From Candidatus Heimdallarchaeota archaeon (GTDB lineage Archaea > Asgardarchaeota > Heimdallarchaeia > Heimdallarchaeales > Heimdallarchaeaceae), in contig DAOVET010000080.1 in the NCBI GenBank assembly GCA_030668825.1, positions 1-12,343 of the forward strand: a stretch of 12,343 nt of DNA. Reading direction: 5' to 3'. A model generated the notes under the pieces. That model ran no database searches, was not told where the DNA came from, and saw only the letters and a list, made by a program, of their open reading frames with translations. The position numbers and the translations under genes are program-made. Every line of letters begins with the position of its first letter. Within the stretch, counting starts at the first letter, position 1. Below are positions 1-5,870 of this stretch, in pieces.

Positions 1-405
1 CCAACAGGAATAGTAAAAGTACTAGTTGGAGAAAATTTAGTTGAGCCTTCAGCTGGTGAAAGAATTGATATTAAAGTTGAAATTAAGAGCGCAACATTTC
101 AAGTCTCAGCTAATGATACTGGAGGTAGTGGAGTATGGAAAATATCTTTAGAAACAGATGAAGGTAATTTAATAACTATTGAAGGAGATTCGGGTGAAAT
201 TACTTTACTATTCTTAGAATATGGAGAACATGACATCTTAATGACAGTTTATGATAGATCTGGTAACCTTTACATATTTACTTTCTCTGTAGACTTAATT
301 CCTGTCGAAACTCGTAGTGATTTTCCTTTACCATTCCCATTTGGTCTGACTACTTTAGCTGGTTTAATCGCTTTAGTTGCAATCTACTCAAAAAAGAAGA
401 AATAG
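1..405 (+). CDS. 3' end of an Ig-like/beta-sandwich cell-surface protein with a C-terminal membrane anchor (partial; absent from the ORF track)
   Basis: Frame +1 is open from base 1 to TAG at 403-405: PTGIVKVLVGENLVEPSAGERIDIKVEIKSATFQVSANDTGGSGVWKISLETDEGNLITIEGDSGEITLLFLEYGEHDILMTVYDRSGNLYIFTFSVDLIPVETRSDFPLPFPFGLTTLAGLIALVAIYSKKKK*. It has DxGGSGV and GEHxxxxxVYDxSGN motifs typical of bacterial/archaeal Ig-like repeats, then a Pro/Phe motif, a hydrophobic helix and KKKK. Confidence 0.85.
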   Translation, partial: PTGIVKVLVGENLVEPSAGERIDIKVEIKSATFQVSANDTGGSGVWKISLETDEGNLITIEGDSGEITLLFLEYGEHDILMTVYDRSGNLYIFTFSVDLIPVETRSDFPLPFPFGLTTLAGLIALVAIYSKKKK

Positions 406-518
406 AAGATTTTTCTTCTTATATTTTTCATTTTCTTTTCTTCAATTTGAATGTCTCAGTTTAATCTATCAAAAAATTATATAAAATAGGATAAGAAAAA
501 AAAATACGAAAAGGAAGA
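406..518. terminator. Convergent oligo-T archaeal-type terminators
   Basis: T-rich tract (ttttttcttctt...ttttcttttcttc) follows the + strand stop at 405. An A-rich tract (aagaaaaaaaaatacgaaaagg, T-rich on the minus strand) follows the ridA stop at 519. Confidence 0.55.
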
Positions 519-905
519 TCACTCTTTCCATGCAGTTGCAGATATTTCCACATCTACATCCTTTGGTAACCTTTTCGCTTCAATAGCTACTCTAGCAGGA
601 GGGCTCTCTCCAAAATATTGAGCAAAAATTTCATTCATATTTGAGAATTGTTCCATGTCCTTTAGATATACCCTACATCTTACAACATCTTGAAGTGTGT
701 AACCTGCTTCTTCTACAATTGCTTTGATGTTTTCACATACTTGTTTTGTAGCTACTTTTACATCACCATAGTAAATCTTCCCAGTTGCTGGGTTTGCTGG
801 GAGTTGACCTGCTACATAAAGGAAATTTCCAGCCTTGATTGCTTGGGAATAAGGTCCTACAGGTGCTGGAGCTTTATCTGTTAAAATAATTTTTTTGGGA
901 GACAT
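519..905 (-). CDS. ridA: RidA (YjgF/YER057c/UK114) reactive enamine/imine deaminase
   Basis: Motifs [41 protein letters not shown] (catalytic Arg) and VEI; typical length of 128 aa. Confidence 0.95.
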   Translation of the reverse strand: MSPKKIILTDKAPAPVGPYSQAIKAGNFLYVAGQLPANPATGKIYYGDVKVATKQVCENIKAIVEEAGYTLQDVVRCRVYLKDMEQFSNMNEIFAQYFGESPPARVAIEAKRLPKDVDVEISATAWKE

Positions 906-950
906 AACCTATATATGTGATATATAAAAATAAAGTTTCTTCTCTATCTG

Positions 951-1832
951 TTATTTTTCCCATAATTCAAGAATTTTGAAAATCAAACCAACACCAAAAT
1001 TTACTGCTGTTCTATTGAGGAATGAATGTCTGAATTCTACTATGTCAACGTATTTGGTTTTAGGTAAAATAATTTCTAGCATTTCTACAACCAACTGAGG
1101 AGTCAATCCAAAAGGTTCCATAGTAGCAAGAGTGGGGACATATGCTTGATCAAATGCATCTGCATCAATACTCACATAGATTCTGTCAAAATTGGAAACA
1201 AATTCAGAGATAACCTTTAGCGAATCAGCCTTATTTGAAAATATCTTCTGAGTTGGTAAATGAAGTACTTCTGTCTTATCTTGAATCTTCAAATATTCTG
1301 TAGTGGTTTGAGTATATGCATGACCACCTATAAACAACATCTGATTTTTTTCCAGTTCCAGTTTGTCTTTCAGATTAGCGAAAACAGTACCATGAGATTG
1401 AAAGATTCCAGGTGGATATTCATCTGCTAGATCTGAATGTGCATCGAACCAAATTATAGCTGTTTTATTATCCCATGGTGCAATGGAAAGTGTGTCAAAA
1501 GTTATACTATGGTCTCCTCCTAAAACTAAAATTTTAGAATTCAAATCTAAAACCTTGTCCCATAGTTTTTGGATTTTTTCCTTTTCTTTAATTGGATGAA
1601 AATTTCCAACATCATAGTAATTTGTTTTATTCTGATAAATGTTAAAAGTAGTTGAAACTGCACTAAACTCAAGAGATTTTTTCCTAAGAGCATTGGGAGC
1701 TTTTCTAGACCCCTTCTTGTTATCTTTTGTTCTTTCGAATGGAATGCCGAAAAGAAAAAGTGCATTTTTTTCTTTAAGTTTGTCTAATGATTCATAAGAT
1801 TGATCAAAGAAACCTAGAAATGTGTTTTTCAT
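951..1832 (-). CDS. Ureohydrolase (arginase/agmatinase family), binuclear metal site intact
   Basis: GIPFE...GSRKAP, DVGN, LGGDHS, WFDAHSD, SHGT, YVSIDADAFD, EPFGLT and DIVE match the ureohydrolase motifs. Substrate cannot be assigned. Confidence 0.9.
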   Translation of the reverse strand: MKNTFLGFFDQSYESLDKLKEKNALFLFGIPFERTKDNKKGSRKAPNALRKKSLEFSAVSTTFNIYQNKTNYYDVGNFHPIKEKEKIQKLWDKVLDLNSKILVLGGDHSITFDTLSIAPWDNKTAIIWFDAHSDLADEYPPGIFQSHGTVFANLKDKLELEKNQMLFIGGHAYTQTTTEYLKIQDKTEVLHLPTQKIFSNKADSLKVISEFVSNFDRIYVSIDADAFDQAYVPTLATMEPFGLTPQLVVEMLEIILPKTKYVDIVEFRHSFLNRTAVNFGVGLIFKILELWEK

Positions 1833-1876
1833 TGTCTTGAATTATATTATCTCAATAGAATAAAATTATATTGATA

Positions 1877-4447
1877 TCATTGTTCCTTTAAGTAATAATC
1901 AGGAGATGTTACAAATCTATTCTCATCTTCTGCATCTCCTACTTCAAAGTCAGTGTAAATTTCTTCCATAATCTCCTTATCACTTATATCCGCCAGTATT
2001 TTACGCTTATCAACTGAAATAATTCTGCTTAATTCTATGGTTTTCGGATTGAATTTTTCCATCGTTTCTTTCATTTGGGTGAGATTTTCAATTTTACCTA
2101 TGAGATTCATAAAAGTTATTACAATATCAGGTCTGAGTGCAACTTGTGGAGCTATACTCAGTTGCTTGCCTATAGAAATAGCTAAGTTATCAATGAAATT
2201 CTGATCTTTTTCAAAGAGTGAAGCTGGATGATCACTGATGAAAGATGCAATTAATAGTAAATCAATTGATGTCCATAAATAAAGGAAGGGTTTTTCCATT
2301 AGTTGTAAATTATATACAATACCAATTTCTGTACCTTTTACATTTTCAACTACTTTACCTTCTAAATCAAAAATTTCATTTAACTCAAATGAAGGAGCAC
2401 CGTAACAAACCTGAATCATATTACTAATTAGTCTAACATTGCCCATTGAATATAACGAAAATTTAGAATTTTCTACTTTTTCAGGGAGAATTCCTGAGTT
2501 TTTCTCAATTAAAATCCTTTTCAACATTTCAATGTCATCTATTTCATCCTCAGTTCTGTCGTATTCTTGTGCAAAATCTTCTAGAATCTTTTTCTTTTTA
2601 TCTCTGAGGGATAACTTAGTTCGAGAAATGAGAGGCTGGTTGTAAACATCATAAAAGAAATCATAAATTATTCCAAAAAGATTAGAAGATACTTTTTTCT
2701 TCTCTACAACAAGGAAGTATCCTTTCATAGGATGATATATGACAGAATGAGCTTTACCAATTGCTTTTCCAAAAACATTTCTTGCAGAAATATCTTTATT
2801 TTCAGTAATATTATCATTAATCATGTTGCTTTCTGCTGGATTGAAATAAGGAAGTACATCACCATTTTGAATAATGTCTTGACTTTTTATTCTCATTTCT
2901 CTTGCCGTTTTCTCTATCTTCTCGATGGGAACAAATAGATAATTTTGAGGTTGAAGAATTACTTCAATTATTTCATCAGTTAATACTAAACCCTTAATCT
3001 TACAGTATTCTATAATTGCTTCTGGTATTAAATATGTAAAAGGCATTTGTGGTATATTTTTAGGTAGCTCATTTAACAAAAATTCTTTTTTCTCTCTTTC
3101 ATTTTCCAGTTCAGATTCTCCACTGATCGGTATTACGATATTATCATAAATCCTTCTGACCATAGAGAGCGATAACTCTTGTTGTTGCCTTAGAATTATA
3201 CCAAATTTCTCATTTAGTTGTCCAGGACCGACCACAAAACCAACTAAATCCTTTTGTTCATCAATAACAGGTTTGCCAGAATATCTCCAAAGCGCTTTAA
3301 GTTCTGATAACAGCTGATAATCTATTTCCCTACTTGATGCACTAGTTGCAACTGTTAATTGATTGCGAAATTGTAAGGCACTAATAATTTCACTATATTT
3401 TTGAATACGATTTTCTGTCTCAAGTGTTAGATCTTTGAAGTAAGGAGTTATTATTTCTTGATACTGTAGATGATCTCCATAAATTACATCCAAGGCATCC
3501 AAATCTTTAGCGTAATCGTTAATATCTTCATCTAATAGCTCTTCATAAATTTCGAGTTGTTTGATTTTTCTGGTTAATTCATAAGTTTGAGTTTCAGAAA
3601 TTTCATCTTTGTTGTTCTCCTTAAAAAGTTTAAAAGTTTCCTTTTCCTGTTGAATAATAACCTTCCATCTTAGAGTATCTTGAGCTGCTTTTCGGAGAAT
3701 AGGGCGATGTCTTAACACTCTTTCATTAATATCATAAATTATTCCCTTCAATTCTTTTTTATCGGTAACAAGACGTCTTAACCTATTGATGTTTTCACTC
3801 AATTCATTGTTAAAAAGGAGAAAATTGTTGTGAGTATTTTTGTATAAATGTTCTGTGCTAACAGAAAATAATAGCTCAGATAATTTGTAGAAGTGTTGAA
3901 AGATTTTATGTTGCTTGGCTTCAACTTCATTCTTTTTCCCCATATATTCCTGGTCATCAATTTTTCCAGACACATACTCTTGCTCTAAAGCCATTTCCTC
4001 TTCGAATGTCTTTGTGGCTGCTTTTATAGCCATATTCATAACATATCTTACTTTTAATTCTTCAATTTCAATGGGCGGAATTTCTTCAAGCTCAATAATG
4101 GGAATCCCGGTCGCTTTAGCGATTTCGTCTTCAGTTGGAACAAATACTTCTTCTATCTTAGTCTGAGGTTTACCAGTTTCAGTTTCAGCTGGTATTAATA
4201 TTTCCCCTCTATGAATTTGATGTATATCTTGTTCAACTTCAGGTAATTTTTGTTTAGTTTCTTCTAGTTCTTTCTTTTCCTCATCTGCAGTAATAGTTTT
4301 TGGAAGATTTGCTAGAAGTTCCTTATATTTGTTTTTTAAAGTTTGATAGGTTCTTCTATCAATTGAACCACGGATGTAACGTAAATCTAAATCTCTAATA
4401 AATCGGAGAATACGTCTTCTCTTAACGTTTACTTCATCGTCTAACAT
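1877..4447 (-). CDS. 856-aa protein: N-terminal CdvA/SHOCT-like helical repeats and coiled coil, three insert-containing PRC-barrel-like repeats, acidic tail
   Basis: Long ORF. Three segments begin with the PRC-like G-K-x-V-x-D/N-x-x-G-x-x-h-G-x-V pattern (aa ~389, ~549, ~695) and end with a PRC-like h-P/x-h-x-x-I-x-x-h...h-x-h strand pair. Two LxxxY[IV]xGxIDxxxYxxxKN motifs lie at aa 20-41 and 154-175. The CDS is near certain; the domain call is by eye. Confidence 0.7.
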   Translation of the reverse strand: MLDDEVNVKRRRILRFIRDLDLRYIRGSIDRRTYQTLKNKYKELLANLPKTITADEEKKELEETKQKLPEVEQDIHQIHRGEILIPAETETGKPQTKIEEVFVPTEDEIAKATGIPIIELEEIPPIEIEELKVRYVMNMAIKAATKTFEEEMALEQEYVSGKIDDQEYMGKKNEVEAKQHKIFQHFYKLSELLFSVSTEHLYKNTHNNFLLFNNELSENINRLRRLVTDKKELKGIIYDINERVLRHRPILRKAAQDTLRWKVIIQQEKETFKLFKENNKDEISETQTYELTRKIKQLEIYEELLDEDINDYAKDLDALDVIYGDHLQYQEIITPYFKDLTLETENRIQKYSEIISALQFRNQLTVATSASSREIDYQLLSELKALWRYSGKPVIDEQKDLVGFVVGPGQLNEKFGIILRQQQELSLSMVRRIYDNIVIPISGESELENEREKKEFLLNELPKNIPQMPFTYLIPEAIIEYCKIKGLVLTDEIIEVILQPQNYLFVPIEKIEKTAREMRIKSQDIIQNGDVLPYFNPAESNMINDNITENKDISARNVFGKAIGKAHSVIYHPMKGYFLVVEKKKVSSNLFGIIYDFFYDVYNQPLISRTKLSLRDKKKKILEDFAQEYDRTEDEIDDIEMLKRILIEKNSGILPEKVENSKFSLYSMGNVRLISNMIQVCYGAPSFELNEIFDLEGKVVENVKGTEIGIVYNLQLMEKPFLYLWTSIDLLLIASFISDHPASLFEKDQNFIDNLAISIGKQLSIAPQVALRPDIVITFMNLIGKIENLTQMKETMEKFNPKTIELSRIISVDKRKILADISDKEIMEEIYTDFEVGDAEDENRFVTSPDYYLKEQ

Positions 4448-4502
4448 TCTTAATAGAATTAAAGATTGTACGTATTCAAATATGTTCCTAAATTACCCAT
4501 TT

Positions 4503-4593
4503 GAAAAATATTTAAAATGCTAGGTATGAAACAATCTAGTAGTAGGAAAAAATATTTAATACTATAAGGATTAGATTAATTTAGAAATGGTGA
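4503..4593 (+). promoter_or_regulatory. Putative BRE/TATA element(s) and Shine-Dalgarno site for profilin
   Basis: GAAAAATATTTAA at 4503-4515 and GAAAAAATATTTAA at 4546-4559 (purine BRE followed by a TTTAAWA TATA-like box). GGTGA at 4589-4593, 7 nt before ATG 4601. Confidence 0.5.
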
Positions 4594-4600
4594 AAGAATC

Positions 4601-4960
4601 ATGAGTTTTCAAGACGATGTTGCAGTAGCTGCTCAAGAAGGAACCATTGGAGTGGTTTGGTTAATTGGGGATGATTTGAAATGTTATTATCAATATGGTG
4701 ACTGGGCTGTTGACCCTACAATACCTTTCGATTCATGGAAGAATCAAAAACCAAGTATTGATTTTGGTGGAGATTTAAAATTTACAGTGATCACAATGAC
4801 TCCTGAGAGATTGATCTCAACCAATATGGGAGGTCAAGGACATTTAATTGTTGCCCGTTGTCCAAAATGGGCTGGTTGTGTAATTTCTTGGTGTCCAGCA
4901 ACTATTCAGAAAGACATAGCTTATGCTACTACAGCAAGACTTGCAGCCAAAGTAGCCTAA
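4601..4960 (+). CDS. Asgard-type profilin (actin-monomer-binding protein)
   Basis: 119 aa. SIDFGGDLKFTVITMTPERLISTNMGGQGHLIVARCP matches the Asgard profilin core as I recall it from Loki profilins (S-h-x-h-x-G-h-K-Y/F-x-h-h-x-x-T-x-E-R-x-I-x-T-N-h-x-G-x-G-H-h-h-h). It also has the hGxD...QxxxW N-terminal half, a C-terminal helix and an upstream GGTGA SD. Confidence 0.85.
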   Translation: MSFQDDVAVAAQEGTIGVVWLIGDDLKCYYQYGDWAVDPTIPFDSWKNQKPSIDFGGDLKFTVITMTPERLISTNMGGQGHLIVARCPKWAGCVISWCPATIQKDIAYATTARLAAKVA

Positions 4961-4982
4961 TGAGGATACAATTGGTGTTTTT

Positions 4983-5285
4983 TTGATTTCACATCCATCT
5001 GTTGAAATTAGGAATGATAAAATTTTTTTGTCAATTAGAGTTCATCCCAAATCTTCAGTAAATAGGATTGATGTTTCTGACTTTTCTATAGATGTCTATG
5101 TTAAAGAGCCAGCAGATAAAGGTAAAGCAAATAGATCAGTATTGAGTTGTTTAGCTAAAACTTTCAAAATTCCCTCCTCTTTTCTTTCTATTTCTCGAGG
5201 GTTAAAGTCTAGAAATAAAATAATTGTAATAAAGGATCAAAATAGTGATTTACTTTTGAAGAAAATAATTGGAAAGCATATTTAG
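4983..5285 (+). CDS. DUF167 / UPF0235 (YggU-like) protein
   Basis: LSIRVHPKSS, VYVKEPADKGKAN and ISRGLKSRNKIIVI match the family consensus (VxPxS, PPxxGKAN, GxxSRxK). TTG start 22 nt after the profilin stop, so probably co-transcribed. Confidence 0.9.
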   Translation: MISHPSVEIRNDKIFLSIRVHPKSSVNRIDVSDFSIDVYVKEPADKGKANRSVLSCLAKTFKIPSSFLSISRGLKSRNKIIVIKDQNSDLLLKKIIGKHI

Positions 5286-5848
5286 AGTTTCATCTTTTCA
5301 AATGCTCGGAGTAACTCATTTCTTTCATTAAACCGATTTTGTACGCTGCTACTCAGAGTCATAAGAGCAGTGATATTACCTTCCACTGCATCTAACATCA
5401 TCTCTTCTAGTTTGACTTTTACATCTGCTATTTTGTCTTTAAATTCTTCAGCGTTATCCAAAATATCTATTTCTAGCAAGTAGAGGATAGACAAATCAAT
5501 TCCATGTTCACCTTCAACTTCTTTTGCATCAAAAAATGTGCTATACTTATAATCTGTACTTGCTGTTTCTTTTCTCATATCTGAAACGATTTTCATGACT
5601 ATTCCTGCTGGCCCCCAGCTTGTTAATAGTTGTGAATGGATTAAAAGTTCATGCACTTGACTCATCATATCTCCGGTTTCCCTCATTAGTGTAAGTAATT
5701 TTGTTCTGAAAGCTACATCAGAATCTCTTCTTAGTTCTAATTCTTTGTATCCGTGATAGTTTTCAATATTCGCACTAAGAATTTTTAGAGCCTCACTGGG
5801 TTTCTTTGAAATTTCTTCTTCAGACAAATTCTTTTTCCTACCGAACAT
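5282..5848 (-). CDS. Conserved all-helical hypothetical protein
   Basis: 188-aa ORF co-oriented 22 nt after the ligase stop. Contains YHGYKELELRRDSD, DYKYSTFFD and LYLLEIDI, which resemble an uncharacterised family I recall with consensus PGFxGYxxxExRRxxD...YGYxGFFD...LYxxD. Confidence 0.75.
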   Translation of the reverse strand: MFGRKKNLSEEEISKKPSEALKILSANIENYHGYKELELRRDSDVAFRTKLLTLMRETGDMMSQVHELLIHSQLLTSWGPAGIVMKIVSDMRKETASTDYKYSTFFDAKEVEGEHGIDLSILYLLEIDILDNAEEFKDKIADVKVKLEEMMLDAVEGNITALMTLSSSVQNRFNERNELLRAFEKMKL

Positions 5849-5870
5849 ATACTTTCACATGTAGTTTATC

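Noticed and set aside
690-884. 64-aa Cys-rich + strand ORF
   Set aside because: Antisense shadow of ridA; non-ATG start and no coherent motif.
1547-1765. 72-aa minus-strand ORF
   Set aside because: Alternate frame inside the ureohydrolase gene.
2245-4166. Four short + strand ORFs (2245, 2439, 2732, 3915)
   Set aside because: Antisense to the 856-aa gene; the Ser/Phe/Ile-rich composition is what the reverse strand of a Glu/Lys-rich gene produces.
1877-4447. 856-aa coiled-coil protein as SMC/Rad50
   Set aside because: No Walker A/B, signature or hinge/zinc-hook motifs.
4587-4604. Mini-uORF MVKES* overlapping the profilin ATG
   Set aside because: Its ATG/GTG arises from the GGTGA SD sequence; most likely coincidental.
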